Virus record (IMG/VR): IMGVR_UViG_3300042970_000025
Reading direction: 5' to 3' (one strand)
Length of the DNA: 64,000 nucleotides
Origin: a virus
Lineage: Duplodnaviria; Caudoviricetes
The translations under genes and the position numbers were made by a program. Positions 28,572 to 39,410 of the stretch are shown here, in pieces. Within the stretch, counting starts at the first letter, position 1. The number at the start of each line of letters is the position of its first letter. A model generated the notes under the pieces. The model saw nothing but the letters and a program-made list of their open reading frames with translations. It did not search any database and was not told where the DNA came from.

Positions 28572-30230
28572 TTATCCTTCCTGATCTTCCAGAAGTTTAA
28601 AAGACAGATTCCCATTTGGCTGAGGGACAAAGGCAAAGTCGTCTTTTCCGTCACCTGAGCTTCCAAAGCGGATAGATTCCAGGATCCTTGCCTTTGTGAT
28701 CTTCATGGTGTCCGTATTAAAAAAGGCGGAGACAGCTCCGCCTGCGTAAAGGTTCATTCCTTGTTTGCTGATCGTCACTTTGTAGGGCGATCCTTCCTCT
28801 CCAATCTCAATCACCAGCTCTCCATCCACAGTAGCTGACCGGATGTACTTCAGCGGTTCATGAATAAGCGATAAGGCTTCTTTTGAAAAGTTGGAAATGA
28901 GGAGAGCTCCCGCTGCGATTTTTTCCGAGGTGATGGTCCCTTTTGCAATCTTGGAACCGTCGATACTGCCGGAGCCGTCATCTAAAGCCCATTCTTTTAA
29001 TATTTGCTTGGCTTCTTCTGTAGATGACTTGATGGATGGAAGCTCGGCCTGACCGTTAATGGCCTGCTTGGCCTGGTCAGATGCTTCCTGCACTTTACTG
29101 TCCAGATCATCCAGCCTTCCCGGAATGCGCTCAGTTCTTGCGACCTTCTCAGTGTGCACCGTTCCGTCAGAATCGGTGTAGGTGATTTCATCGTAGATGA
29201 CTTCTCCTGTTTCATCAGTGACGGTTTTGGTCTCTCCAACGAGCCCTGTGATGGTCTCGGTGATTCCGCCATCTCCGTAGACGTCATCCTGAAGGCCTGT
29301 GACAGAACTATCCAGGCTGTCTGCCGTTTGCTGGGCCTCATCAGCTGCCTGTTTTGCCGCGTCTGCTTTTGCGTTAATCTCGGAGAGCGACTCTCTCCAG
29401 GGCGTCGACAGGGCGCCTTCTTCCACTTTAAGGTTCGCAATGTCTAAGCTAGCGCCAGAAGGCATATTGGAAAGGTCAAAGGATAGATTCTGGGAAGATG
29501 CGGCTGCTCCAGGAGATAATGCCGTGGAGGAGTAGTGAACCCAGACGCCAGAATTATCGGTATCGATATCCGCAGCAGTATTGTCAATGTCAGAGAAGGC
29601 GATCTGAATATTGCTTCCATCGCTGTCCTGCATACGGACAGGAATCAGAAAAAGATCTGACATCCGGATGTCTGCTGATAGGGTGTAGCTGTTTCCTTCC
29701 GGCTGACTGGACAGCACATTTCTAAACTCTGCTGCGGAAAAGGAAAGGCTGTTTTTTCCTGAAGTATTGCAGGTCACAGTCAGGTAATTGACAGCATCTA
29801 AATCCGTGTAGATTCCTTCTTCATTTTCTGAAAGTGTAAGATTTCCGGAAGCGGACCAGCCGGTTATTCCTTGGTTTGTAGAAACGAGGAGGTTCACATT
29901 TCCAATCTCCGTGTCGGCGTTTCCCTGGGTTAAGGTGATGTCCATGGAGTTGATTTCCGTATCTGCAGAAAGGTCATCTGCCATATCTTCCAGTTCTTCC
30001 AGACGTTCTTCGATGTCATCGAAAGAGCCTGGATCATCGTCGGACTTTTCTATTTCTTGCCAGATGTATTTTGCCGGGTCCGTTGACTCGTCACTAGACT
30101 GGTCGGTGTAGCGCCCAATAAAAAGGGCATTGCTTGATTCTTCTAGGCTTAAGTTCGTCCCAGCTTCATCATCAGCCCAGGCGGCATGAAGGAAGAAATC
30201 TTGCTCATTAAACATTGTCTTTACTACCAT
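28572..30230 (-). CDS. Minor tail protein with carbohydrate-binding-like and coiled-coil segments
   Basis: AWADD..G, KVEEG..STPW, FAFVPQPNGNLSF. Confidence 0.7.
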   Translation of the reverse strand: MVVKTMFNEQDFFLHAAWADDEAGTNLSLEESSNALFIGRYTDQSSDESTDPAKYIWQEIEKSDDDPGSFDDIEERLEELEDMADDLSADTEINSMDITLTQGNADTEIGNVNLLVSTNQGITGWSASGNLTLSENEEGIYTDLDAVNYLTVTCNTSGKNSLSFSAAEFRNVLSSQPEGNSYTLSADIRMSDLFLIPVRMQDSDGSNIQIAFSDIDNTAADIDTDNSGVWVHYSSTALSPGAAASSQNLSFDLSNMPSGASLDIANLKVEEGALSTPWRESLSEINAKADAAKQAADEAQQTADSLDSSVTGLQDDVYGDGGITETITGLVGETKTVTDETGEVIYDEITYTDSDGTVHTEKVARTERIPGRLDDLDSKVQEASDQAKQAINGQAELPSIKSSTEEAKQILKEWALDDGSGSIDGSKIAKGTITSEKIAAGALLISNFSKEALSLIHEPLKYIRSATVDGELVIEIGEEGSPYKVTISKQGMNLYAGGAVSAFFNTDTMKITKARILESIRFGSSGDGKDDFAFVPQPNGNLSFKLLEDQEG

Positions 30231-30239
30231 AGCGGCCTC

Positions 30240-30731
30240 CTACAAAACAGCGATCCAGTAAAACGAGGTGTCCGTGTCGCTGGAGCGGTAAAGGCAGAGG
30301 TCAAAACCCTTGGTCGTGACGCTCTTAACGCTGAAGGACACCATGTTGGGAGCCGCGGTGATCGGGGTGATGGTGACCGACGGGACAGAAGTAAAAGCCT
30401 TCGGAAAGTTCACGTGCTTGGTCACCACCTTGTTTTTCTTTGCGTCAACACGGGCGGACCCTCTCTGAAGGTTCCTTACCTTTACATTCTGACTCGAGTC
30501 GATCGTAAAAGGAGAAAGTGCCGTGCTTACTGCATCACTGACATTTTCGTTTACTTCGGTAATGACGCTTTGAAGCTCGCTGTTTAGGTTCGCCGCATTT
30601 AGCTGCGTTCCTTCTGTAGTGATGGTGCCTTCCGCACGGGTAAGGTCGAATGTGCCGAGGACTTCTCCGGTCTCAGAATTGGTCAGGGTGAAGCGCCCTG
30701 GATGCTCGACGACGCGGTCAATAAATGCCAT
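30240..30731 (-). CDS. Tail protein with H-type lectin-like C-terminus
   Basis: EGTQLNAANLN; V.FPKAFTSVPSVTIT...F.WIA. Confidence 0.65.
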   Translation of the reverse strand: MAFIDRVVEHPGRFTLTNSETGEVLGTFDLTRAEGTITTEGTQLNAANLNSELQSVITEVNENVSDAVSTALSPFTIDSSQNVKVRNLQRGSARVDAKKNKVVTKHVNFPKAFTSVPSVTITPITAAPNMVSFSVKSVTTKGFDLCLYRSSDTDTSFYWIAVL

Positions 30732-30743
30732 GATATAGCCTCC

Positions 30744-31115
30744 TTAATATCCACTCGAATAGCTTTCTGCTGCGTAAATCAGATCGCCGCTGTAGGAAGA
30801 TGCTTTCGTCTGATTGAGAAGTACCTCAATCCGGTCTTTAAACATCTGCGTTAGTTCTTCGACCTGGTTAAAGATCTCTGCGGTCATGTCGCTTCCTGGA
30901 AGAGGGGCATTGAGCCCGGTAACAGCGCTAAGCTGATTTAACGTAGTTAGAATCTGATTCCATTCAGTTACAGTCACAAAGTCATTTAAGCTGAAGTTCT
31001 CTTTCAGGTTTCCAGTTGGAAGAAGGACGTTTAGATTTCCGCAGATGCGGTTCATGTCCTCTGTAGTGACGCGATCTGAAGCAGTCCAGTCGGTTTTGGG
31101 TTCTTTCCATGTCAT
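30744..31115 (-). CDS. Hypothetical tail protein
   Basis: W.EPKTDW...DMNRI..N motif; tail operon position. Confidence 0.65.
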   Translation of the reverse strand: MTWKEPKTDWTASDRVTTEDMNRICGNLNVLLPTGNLKENFSLNDFVTVTEWNQILTTLNQLSAVTGLNAPLPGSDMTAEIFNQVEELTQMFKDRIEVLLNQTKASSYSGDLIYAAESYSSGY

Positions 31116-31126
31116 ATTCCACCTCG

Positions 31127-32911
31127 TTAACAGATCCCTTTCCGGTAGGTAACTTCCGCTTTCGTTCCTCCGCCTTCGTGAGTCAGGGTGATTGTTTCAA
31201 TCGTGCAGAGCTCCTCGCTTCCATCAAGCCGGTGAAAAGAAAACACGTCTCTAGGCTGCATGCGTGGGTCTCCCTTAAAGGTAAAAGAACCCGTGATGTT
31301 TGACCGGTTAAATAGATAGGCGTAGTTTGGGTAGAGCAGGGTGGTTCCACCGTAGATTTTCCCGTGAGAAATGGGATCAACCGTGATTGTTGTTCCTGGC
31401 CTTTTTCCAGAAGGAAGAATGGAGGAGTTCTCCATGGTTACCGTGACGGATTTTCCTTTGACGACGCACTGGTTCAGCTTTTTCGTCACCGTCTTATAGA
31501 TCGGCGTTCCTTTCTTCTTTCCCGTTTTATATTTCTTCCCGGATTTAACTTTCACCTTCTTAGAAACCGTCGTTTTCTTTGCGGTCCAGACGATCTTGCT
31601 TGCAGTAGCTAAGACGGACTTTGCGTTAGAAACCGTTAAATACCACCAATAACCTTCAGGCGAATGGGAATACCCTTTTCCAGCTTCTACGGATTTTGTC
31701 TCCAGAGTCTCTAGTTTATTAGACCTCACGGCTTTGCTGTGAAGGCCGTAGTCTGCGTCTGTTATGATTTTGGAGATATTCCGCTCGACGCTCCGGACGA
31801 CATCTCCACAGTCTTTTTCGTAGATGTCCCATTTTTTGATGGGCTTGCTCCAGGTGACTCTTGGAATCCCTGCATCTACAAAGGCTGGCCAGAAAGTCCC
31901 GTTATGCGATAAGTTCATGATGTCAGCTACGATCTCACGGGAGGACTGCTCGTCAAAGATCAAGGTGTAAGGAGATGAATTGCTGTTCGTATCCGGAGCA
32001 GTTTCTCTTGACACGAGCTTTACCCCGGAGTCCGTGATGAACTTTAAGAAGCGGTTGTAAAGGACTTTTCTTCCGTTTCCGCCGGTAGAGTTTACGACCT
32101 GGGAGATGTTGTTCTTATCTTCTAGTTTTGCGCTCATGTCTTCACCTTTGATGGTGATGACGTTGTTTTCCATGGAAGCTTTTTCAGATAGGTAGAAAGA
32201 GCGGACCTTGGAGTAGTCACCTTCATATCCTGCGTAATACCAGACCGGAACATCGTCTCCTACATTGCTGATCGCTTCTGAAATGTCATCTGGCCAGTAG
32301 GCCTGAATCTCAATTTCAGACACCTGCCAGGAAGGACTGGTGATCGAAAGATCTGACCGGAGGGCCAGGGTGCAGGAGACCAGATTCTTATTATTAAACT
32401 CCAAGGTGATTCCTGGAGTAATTGAAGCAATTTCAATCCGGCTTTCTGGATCCGTGCTTTTCGCTGTCAGAGTGATCGCCTTTCCGTTTACCGGGATCAC
32501 GACAATTCTTCTTGCTTCATAATCGGTTCCGTTTGCGCTGATCGTTCCGGGAGTGTCTGAAGTTACCGCAAGGGTGAGGGCAGCGATGTCTGTTTTCGAA
32601 GTCACAGTGATCGCTAAGGTTTCTCCAACAATAGACCTAAGCCCGAGCTTTCCATTTTCCAGGCTCCCTGAAAGAGCAGAGTCAAATAGGGAGCAGGTTC
32701 CATCCAAAGAGAAGCCTGCTCCAGACAGGTCCGTGAGATCTCTCATATCCCAGTGCTCATTATCAAGAGCTTCTGATACATTCGCATCTGTCACAGCTCC
32801 TGAAATACCAGTGAAGGTGAGATCAACTTTCTCGTTTCTACCGGAAAATCCGCAGTGGACTTCGAAAGGCGTCCGGATAGATTTTCTATTTTCCTCATCA
32901 ATTGTGAGCAT
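31127..32911 (-). CDS. Tail tip/hub-like protein
   Basis: GDPRMQPRD near C-terminus; second gene after TMP. Confidence 0.6.
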   Translation of the reverse strand: MLTIDEENRKSIRTPFEVHCGFSGRNEKVDLTFTGISGAVTDANVSEALDNEHWDMRDLTDLSGAGFSLDGTCSLFDSALSGSLENGKLGLRSIVGETLAITVTSKTDIAALTLAVTSDTPGTISANGTDYEARRIVVIPVNGKAITLTAKSTDPESRIEIASITPGITLEFNNKNLVSCTLALRSDLSITSPSWQVSEIEIQAYWPDDISEAISNVGDDVPVWYYAGYEGDYSKVRSFYLSEKASMENNVITIKGEDMSAKLEDKNNISQVVNSTGGNGRKVLYNRFLKFITDSGVKLVSRETAPDTNSNSSPYTLIFDEQSSREIVADIMNLSHNGTFWPAFVDAGIPRVTWSKPIKKWDIYEKDCGDVVRSVERNISKIITDADYGLHSKAVRSNKLETLETKSVEAGKGYSHSPEGYWWYLTVSNAKSVLATASKIVWTAKKTTVSKKVKVKSGKKYKTGKKKGTPIYKTVTKKLNQCVVKGKSVTVTMENSSILPSGKRPGTTITVDPISHGKIYGGTTLLYPNYAYLFNRSNITGSFTFKGDPRMQPRDVFSFHRLDGSEELCTIETITLTHEGGGTKAEVTYRKGIC

Positions 32912-33269
32912 TTAAGAATCTCACCTCAACTTTCACATCGGACCAGACCGGATTTCCATCTGAACTTGTCGCGCGGGAAGCTGTGCTGATGGCGGAGGTC
33001 CGCACGATGCTTTCCGTATGAGAAGTTCCGTCTGCACCCATAAAGGTGATAGTTGACTCTCCACTCATGGAAAGAAGAATTTCAAGCTGAGCCTGAGGTA
33101 GTGTGTCCCACTCTAAACTCATATCCGAATACCGCCATCCGATTCGGTCTGCAATGGTATCTCCGGTGCAGGTCGTGATTTCTGCTACATAGATGTCTTC
33201 CCTCTGAGGAGAGAAATCGTTTGGCCTTAGGATCTCTTTTCCGTTGATCTGAATAGTTGAGTAAATCAT
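32898..33269 (-). CDS. Distal-tail-like protein
   Basis: Immediately after TMP, 123 aa. Confidence 0.55.
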   Translation of the reverse strand: MIYSTIQINGKEILRPNDFSPQREDIYVAEITTCTGDTIADRIGWRYSDMSLEWDTLPQAQLEILLSMSGESTITFMGADGTSHTESIVRTSAISTASRATSSDGNPVWSDVKVEVRFLNAHN

Positions 33270-35710
33270 CAGCCGAGCCTCCTTTTATACGTGTCGTATG
33301 CATGGACGATTTCTTCTCCCATCTTCGGGCCGTTTTTAAAGAGGTAAACGTTTAAGTGGATGTCAGACCCGAGATTACCGCTCTGGGAGATCCGGTTTGC
33401 CGTGATAACGGCATTGGCTACATCATTTCCAACTCCCGATACGGCAGCACGGATCATACTCATCAAAGACTCTGTCCCAACGACAGTTTCTGATCCCGCT
33501 TCGCCCCCTGCAAGAAGAGAATCTCCTGCTGCTCCAAAGATGGTGGGGCGATCTAAGATCATTCCGTTTTTCATGGCCTTTGCGTACCAGTCCACGGAGA
33601 ATTTCGGAAGGGATCCTTTTCCTCCGATACCAAACGGAGCCTTTCCTCCTGAAACGTGGATATGAGGAAGCCTCAGGTTGCTGAAGATGTTTCCAATCCG
33701 AAGAGGAAAGAAGCCTTTGATGGTGTTAATGATTCCCCGGATCCGATCACGGGCCGCATTGATTGGAGTCAGCATGGCAGACTTGATTCCATTCCAGACT
33801 CTGGATGTAGTTGAGCGGATTGCAGTCCAAGCCGAAGTAACCGAAGATCGGATTGCTCTTACCGGTGACAGCACAGCGCTTTTAATCGCGCCCCAAAGGG
33901 TAACTGCAAGTTTTTTAATTCCTCCCCAGGTTTTAGAAGTTGCAGTCTTAATGCTGTTCCAGATAGCGATTACTCCGTTTCTAAACTTCGCGTTCGTTTT
34001 CCAAAGGTAAATGAAAGTAGCCGCAAGAGCAGACACAGCTGCAATGACAAGACCCACAGGGTTAGCCAGCATAACCGCATTCATCGCTGCCATACCAGTC
34101 CGGACTAGCTTAATGGCAGAGACGATTTTAGGAGCAAGTGTCATGACCGTTCCGACGCCAACCGCGATCTTTCCGATGACAATGAGAAGTGGCCCAACTG
34201 CTGCAGCGATGCCGATTAAAGTGAGAATCAGCCTCTGCGTTGCCGGGTTCATGTTCATGATGGCGTTCATGATCGAGATGAGCTTCTGAAAGAAGCTGGT
34301 CAGAACTGGCGCTAATGTCTGGCCGATCGTGACGGTCAGCACATCAAAGGTGGATTTCAGCTGCTCAATGGTTCCTCCGGTACCTGACATCAGGGCCTTG
34401 GACATTTTTCCAGCGGACCCTCCCGCATCGTCTAAAGCGTTTCGCAGGGAGCTGACGTCTTTCGGAGAGGTTTGGATCAGGGTCAGCCACTTGGACATCT
34501 GCTCTTTTCCAAAGATATTAGAAGCGGCTTCCAGTTTCTCCTGGTCGGAAAGGCCAGAAAAGGCTTTGTTCAGGTTCTTTAAGACATCCGGCATGGATTT
34601 GAGCGTTCCGTTGTCGTTAAAGATGGAATAGGTCTGCCCCGTGGATAATTTCAGCTGGTCCATGGCGGCAGCTCCTGACTTGGCAGGAGAGGCGAGCCGG
34701 GCAAGACCAGTCTTTAAGGCGTTTGCACCTTCTGATCCTGAGATACCGGCGTTTCCAAACACGTCTGTGATGGTCGCTAAGTCTTTTACATCCCAGCCGA
34801 CGGTCTTACAGATTGGGCCAGCGACAGAGATTGCCTGAAACAGCTCGGACGTATTGGTGTTTGCTTGCGCCTGAGCTTTTGCCAAAATGTCTGAGTAAGA
34901 GGCGGCCTCGGAAGAGTTCGCACCAAACATCTTCATGGCATTTCCAAGGCCTGACGTCACTTCAGAAAGATCAGTACCAGTGCCTGCGGCAAGGTTCATG
35001 GCAGGAGTCAGCATGTCGGTCGCCTGTTTTGCCGTGAAACCCTGACGGGCAAAGTTTAAGGTCGCGTCTGCCGCATCCTGCATGCCAAATACGGAAGCCT
35101 TCGCAGACTCTCCGATCTGATTCCAAAGACCCTTAAAGTCAGAAGCAGAGTTTGCTGTACTTCCCATTGTCTGCTTGACCAGGCTAAACTGCTTGTCGAC
35201 ATTGCCGTAGGAGTTGACGGCAGCAGTCGCACCGGCGACGACAGGGGCGGTGAAGCCGACCGTCATCTTTTCACCGGCATCAGACATCTTCTCACCGACA
35301 GACTTTACCTTTTCACCAGCGGCGGCAATCCTCTGTGAAGAGACGGACCCGAAGCTCTTGGACTCTTTTTCCAGGCTCTTAAGTTTAGACTCTGTCTCGG
35401 CAATCTCACGCTGGAGGGCGTCATACTTGTCTTTACCGAGACTTCCGTTTTCCATCTGCTGCTTGGCCTGGACCTGGGCATTCTTTAATCCTTCGAGCTT
35501 CTCTTTCGTCGCCTCGATGGATGATTTCAGCAGCTTCTGCTTCTGGGTAAGGAGCGTGGTGTTCTTCGGGTCAAGCTTCAGGAGCTTGTTTACATCCTTG
35601 AGGGAGGACTGCGTGCTGCGGATCGTGCTGTTCACGGATTTCAGCGCTTTTTCAAGACCAGTGGTATCACCTCCGATCTCTACGGTTATTCCCTTAATTC
35701 TGCTTGGCAT
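33269..35710 (-). CDS. Tail tape measure protein
   Basis: [16 protein letters not shown] start, ANP.GLVI, W-periodic repeats. Confidence 0.95.
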   Translation of the reverse strand: MPSRIKGITVEIGGDTTGLEKALKSVNSTIRSTQSSLKDVNKLLKLDPKNTTLLTQKQKLLKSSIEATKEKLEGLKNAQVQAKQQMENGSLGKDKYDALQREIAETESKLKSLEKESKSFGSVSSQRIAAAGEKVKSVGEKMSDAGEKMTVGFTAPVVAGATAAVNSYGNVDKQFSLVKQTMGSTANSASDFKGLWNQIGESAKASVFGMQDAADATLNFARQGFTAKQATDMLTPAMNLAAGTGTDLSEVTSGLGNAMKMFGANSSEAASYSDILAKAQAQANTNTSELFQAISVAGPICKTVGWDVKDLATITDVFGNAGISGSEGANALKTGLARLASPAKSGAAAMDQLKLSTGQTYSIFNDNGTLKSMPDVLKNLNKAFSGLSDQEKLEAASNIFGKEQMSKWLTLIQTSPKDVSSLRNALDDAGGSAGKMSKALMSGTGGTIEQLKSTFDVLTVTIGQTLAPVLTSFFQKLISIMNAIMNMNPATQRLILTLIGIAAAVGPLLIVIGKIAVGVGTVMTLAPKIVSAIKLVRTGMAAMNAVMLANPVGLVIAAVSALAATFIYLWKTNAKFRNGVIAIWNSIKTATSKTWGGIKKLAVTLWGAIKSAVLSPVRAIRSSVTSAWTAIRSTTSRVWNGIKSAMLTPINAARDRIRGIINTIKGFFPLRIGNIFSNLRLPHIHVSGGKAPFGIGGKGSLPKFSVDWYAKAMKNGMILDRPTIFGAAGDSLLAGGEAGSETVVGTESLMSMIRAAVSGVGNDVANAVITANRISQSGNLGSDIHLNVYLFKNGPKMGEEIVHAYDTYKRRLG

Positions 35711-35721
35711 ATCCTCACCTC

Positions 35722-36257
35722 CTAAAACCGGTCAAAATCTTCCTGCGTCGCAAGTCTTTTGTACTTCACACCGTCGTTTGCTTTCTCCGTCCAGATGTCT
35801 AAGACAAGGCCGATGGAAAGCAGATCCAGGTCTCGGATGGAGATTCCAATTTCTGTGCAGCGCAGAAGAAAAAGCGGGGTGGTCATTTCCCGCTCACTTC
35901 TGCGAAGCCTTTTTTTGCCTGCACATCTGTCACAAGGTTGCTTCCCCAAAGATCTAAGATCTCCGGAAGCACCTGATAGATCGAGAACATCTCGAACTGG
36001 TCCAGCCATTCATCGATGGTCTTTGGAATTGTCGGATCCGCATGATAAGCCATGATGTAGGCGACGTTTTCAAAAATCTCAAGGTCGTCAATCTCAAGAT
36101 CTTCAGAATCCCGTGCCCTGTTTCGGTAGGATTTCTCCAGCTTCGCAAGGTCCTTAAAAATGTCCCTTTTAAACTTGATCCTGTAGATACGAGGAATTGC
36201 AGCAGACGAGCGGAACGTGACCGGTTTTCCGCTGATCTCGATTGTCTTTTCAAGCAT
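35722..36257 (-). CDS. Tail assembly chaperone (35883-36257) with -1 frameshift extension to 35722
   Basis: GCA AAA AAA GGC slippery run at 35910-35916; -1 frame stays open to just before TMP. Confidence 0.8.
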
Positions 36258-36269
36258 ATCCAGCCTCCT

Positions 36270-36890
36270 TTACTTTCCACTTGTCGATGTCGATGACGAA
36301 GCTGCAGATGTGGATGCAGCCGTTTCCGTCGGCAGGTAGACGGCCTTGTACCAGTTGTCGTATGCAGCCGCATCCGTAGTGTCTCCTGATCTTGCCTTAA
36401 CCAGTCCATCAGAGCGTGGATCTGCGGTGATGGAAAGCTTCTCTGTGCCAGGCTCGATGGTGTCTTCCTTGGTTTCCGACTCAAGAGACGGTCTTGATGC
36501 CGTGCAGTAATAGAGCACGTGACGGATAGAACGGATGTCTCCGTCAAACTCAAAGAGCAGCGCGAACTTCACCGTGTCACTAAGGCCGCTCTTTTCTACC
36601 AGCACGCCTTTATCATCCAGCACTTCCTGCAGAATGTCCGTCCGGAACCACTCCGGAATCAAAGCGATCTCAAGATCACCGGAGTATCCGTTGTTTGTGA
36701 CGGAGCGGAAGTAGACGATGCCGTCTGCGTAGAAGGCTTTTGTTTCACCTTCCGCATCAAGGCTGATCGATACGGCGCCTGGAATCGGCTTTGGCGTATC
36801 ATAGGTGAAGGTGGTGACGCCGTCCTTCACGGTCTCCGTCAGCTTCGCCGCGTAGACGTTTTTCAGATTGTATTTGACTTTGTTTCCCAT
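36270..36890 (-). CDS. Major tail protein (phi13 family)
   Basis: NKVKYNLKNV, FYADGIVY, NNGYSGDLE, FALLFEFDGD. Confidence 0.92.
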   Translation of the reverse strand: MGNKVKYNLKNVYAAKLTETVKDGVTTFTYDTPKPIPGAVSISLDAEGETKAFYADGIVYFRSVTNNGYSGDLEIALIPEWFRTDILQEVLDDKGVLVEKSGLSDTVKFALLFEFDGDIRSIRHVLYYCTASRPSLESETKEDTIEPGTEKLSITADPRSDGLVKARSGDTTDAAAYDNWYKAVYLPTETAASTSAASSSTSTSGK

Positions 36891-37213
36891 AGGGCTTGAT
36901 CCTCCATTTCAAAAATGTAGAGCACCTCGTAAAGCTGCTCGGTTTCAATCCAGACTTCAGACTTGCTGTAAAAGATCCCCGCATTGTCTAATGCGTCCTC
37001 GACTTTCTTTTCCGCAGCCGGGTCTTTTCGGTCTGTGTAAAGCTCAAGGTGAACTTCGCTGACCTTTAAATAAGCCTTTCCATCTGCAGAGAAGTGATCG
37101 CTCTGTGCATTAAGCCAGCAGAGAAACGGCGGATCCGGGGAGTCTCCTTCGGCAAAGTGATCATAGGCAAAGGGAATTCCGATTTGTTCTAACAACGAGG
37201 TAATGATGCTCAT
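36863..37213 (-). CDS. Tail terminator-like protein
   Basis: PFAYDHFAEG..P.PPF, ELYTD.KD. Confidence 0.75.
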   Translation of the reverse strand: MSIITSLLEQIGIPFAYDHFAEGDSPDPPFLCWLNAQSDHFSADGKAYLKVSEVHLELYTDRKDPAAEKKVEDALDNAGIFYSKSEVWIETEQLYEVLYIFEMEDQALWETKSNTI

Positions 37214-37590
37214 TTTTTAATTCCCTTTCTGATCATACGTTCTAGCTGTTTTTCACCTCGCTCTTCAGCTGGAGCGATATGGGGCTGCGCAGCGACTCTT
37301 CCTCCGCCTCGCTTGGCGTGCCCATGCTCTAATAGATGCGCGATCTGATAGCGGTTCCGCGAATAAACGGTGACCTGAAGTGAATCTGCTGTTTCTTTCA
37401 TCGTCTTTACAGACCAGCTTTTCGCGTAGGCACCGGTTCTTCTTGGAGCAGAAGAAGAGATATCCTTTCGAATTGCTTTTCCGGTTTTCTTAACGGCATC
37501 CTTTACGGATTCCGAGGTGGACTGCGCGTATTCCTTTAGCTCCCGGTTGATTGCATCCGCAAGGCCATCAACAGTAACTTTCTGGCTCAT
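37210..37590 (-). CDS. HK97 gp10-like protein
   Basis: TGAYAKSW, HLLEHGH.KRGGGRV...PHI.PA. Confidence 0.85.
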   Translation of the reverse strand: MSQKVTVDGLADAINRELKEYAQSTSESVKDAVKKTGKAIRKDISSSAPRRTGAYAKSWSVKTMKETADSLQVTVYSRNRYQIAHLLEHGHAKRGGGRVAAQPHIAPAEERGEKQLERMIRKGIKK

Positions 37591-37919
37591 GACGCATTCC
37601 TCCTGCAGTGAAGCTTGATCGCTTTCTTCTTGTAATTCATGTGGTCTATTCCTTCGATGCTGTAGACAGCATCCCGGAAAACGACCCGGTATCCTTTAGA
37701 GCTAAGCACTGCCGTTTCCTTGCACCAGCGGACCGTAAAGTCGATCATGCTTTCATCCCAGGTGGCTCCTGCTGCAGTTTCTTCTTTTGGTGATTCGTAG
37801 CTGACTGTTGCGTAGCAGGAAAAGTAGTTGATCCATGTACTGAGGCGGTTTCCAATAGCGTCAGAAGAAACTTCTGATTTCTGAATCATGATCCGCTCAT
37901 TCAGAAGTGCGATGTTCAT
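37587..37919 (-). CDS. Head closure / head-tail adaptor
   Basis: LNERI.IQ, D.IGN, FTVRW. Confidence 0.85.
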   Translation of the reverse strand: MNIALLNERIMIQKSEVSSDAIGNRLSTWINYFSCYATVSYESPKEETAAGATWDESMIDFTVRWCKETAVLSSKGYRVVFRDAVYSIEGIDHMNYKKKAIKLHCRRNAS

Positions 37920-38185
37920 TAAAATTCCGCCTTTCTATCTCCAAACAGGAGACTTCTCAGCGTGATCGTAAGAGCGTGATGATCGGCTTCCTCACGATGT
38001 TCATAAAGATAGGCCGCTGCGTACATCACAGCGACCTTTGTGTTTTCCTGACTTGGAAGTTCCTTGGCTCTTAAAATGTCAGCGCAAAGCTTCTCTGAAG
38101 ATCCGATGATGTTTTTGATCAGATCGTCATCTGCATCATCGTCTACACGGAGATAATTCTTCATCTCGTCAACGGTTACAATCAC
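37919..38185 (-). CDS. gp6-like head-tail connector
   Basis: MKNYLRVD..DDDLI, YLYEHRE. Confidence 0.88.
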   Translation of the reverse strand: MIVTVDEMKNYLRVDDDADDDLIKNIIGSSEKLCADILRAKELPSQENTKVAVMYAAAYLYEHREEADHHALTITLRSLLFGDRKAEF

Positions 38186-38203
38186 GCGAATCCCTCCTTA
38201 CCG

Positions 38204-39397
38204 TTACGCGCTCTTGACGCCAAGGGTCTGTACGGCCTCCGGGAGCACCAGCTTTCCGTCAACACGCTCTTTGGCTACGTAGCCAATCATGCCGTTTCCG
38301 GCGAACAGCTCGCGGAGTTCCTGCATGGACCGGGTTCCGCGGTCTCCAATGTTGTAGTAGGAGAAGTCACCAAATGCAATGGCAGATTTTCCAGCTTCCA
38401 GTCCCGGACAGTAAGCGGAGGTAAGAACAGAGTATCCGCAGAGTCTGTCCGGTTCTCCTGCCTGGTAAGACGGCTGCCAGATGTAGGCGCCGTTTGTATC
38501 CTTGAGCTTCCGCAGTGATGCAAGGGTAGAGTCGTTTAAGATGAAACGGGCGTTCTTTCTGTACGGACGCTTCAGCGAATAGATCAGCGTCAAGATATCA
38601 TCGGTTGAAATTTTTACATTGTCGAGCGTTACGGCCTTTTCGCCACCTCCAGTTGCTGCGAAAATACCAAGCGGTTTTCCGGTACCGTCACCGTTCAGAA
38701 AGGCGTCTTCTTCTGCGTTTCCGATAGCTTTTCCAAACTGGTCGATGATGTAACCTTCCAGATTGAATGCATTGTCGTAGAGCAGTTCCTCGGTGACTTT
38801 GATTGCTACATGGAGCTTATGCGCGTCCAGCACGATCTGATCGAAAGTGGCGTCTCCAAAAGTCAGTGCTCCGCCTTCCTCAATCCATGCAGCAGCTGGT
38901 TTCGTCCCTGCGATGTTAATCTTATGCTCTCCGGAAGTGGTGATGGTGGTGGCAAGACCCCGGAAGATGTTCTCTTCCTCCAGCTTATCGATCAGGCGGC
39001 TGTCCCATTCCTCTGGAACAAGGTAACCGCCGTTGGCGTCGTTTCCTTCTTCAAGCACATCACTGATCTGATGAAATCCAGTGCGCATCGCAGAAAGCAT
39101 TGCTTTTGCATAAGCTTTAGAAGCACGGCCTTTCTTTATCGGTTCGTCCTTCATGCCATCTCCTGGTTTTCCGGTGAGGGGAGAAGCAGTCGGTTTTCCC
39201 ATCTGCTCTTCGATCACTGCCTGACGGTTCAGGCGCTCGATTTCTTTCGTGTAATCGGTGATTTCCTTTTCCATGCGGTCGTAAGTTTCACCGTCCTCAG
39301 AGGAGAGAAGCCCGTCTGCATTTCTGTGTGCGTCAAGGAACGCTTTCGCAGTCTCCCAGGCTGTTGCTCTTTTCGTAATCAATTCCTGAATATTCAT
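38204..39397 (-). CDS. HK97-fold major capsid protein
   Basis: GGYLVPEE, AFLNGDGTGKPLGI, FGDFSYY, RVDGK. Confidence 0.95.
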   Translation of the reverse strand: MNIQELITKRATAWETAKAFLDAHRNADGLLSSEDGETYDRMEKEITDYTKEIERLNRQAVIEEQMGKPTASPLTGKPGDGMKDEPIKKGRASKAYAKAMLSAMRTGFHQISDVLEEGNDANGGYLVPEEWDSRLIDKLEEENIFRGLATTITTSGEHKINIAGTKPAAAWIEEGGALTFGDATFDQIVLDAHKLHVAIKVTEELLYDNAFNLEGYIIDQFGKAIGNAEEDAFLNGDGTGKPLGIFAATGGGEKAVTLDNVKISTDDILTLIYSLKRPYRKNARFILNDSTLASLRKLKDTNGAYIWQPSYQAGEPDRLCGYSVLTSAYCPGLEAGKSAIAFGDFSYYNIGDRGTRSMQELRELFAGNGMIGYVAKERVDGKLVLPEAVQTLGVKSA

Positions 39398-39410
39398 GTG
39401 TGTCCTCCTT

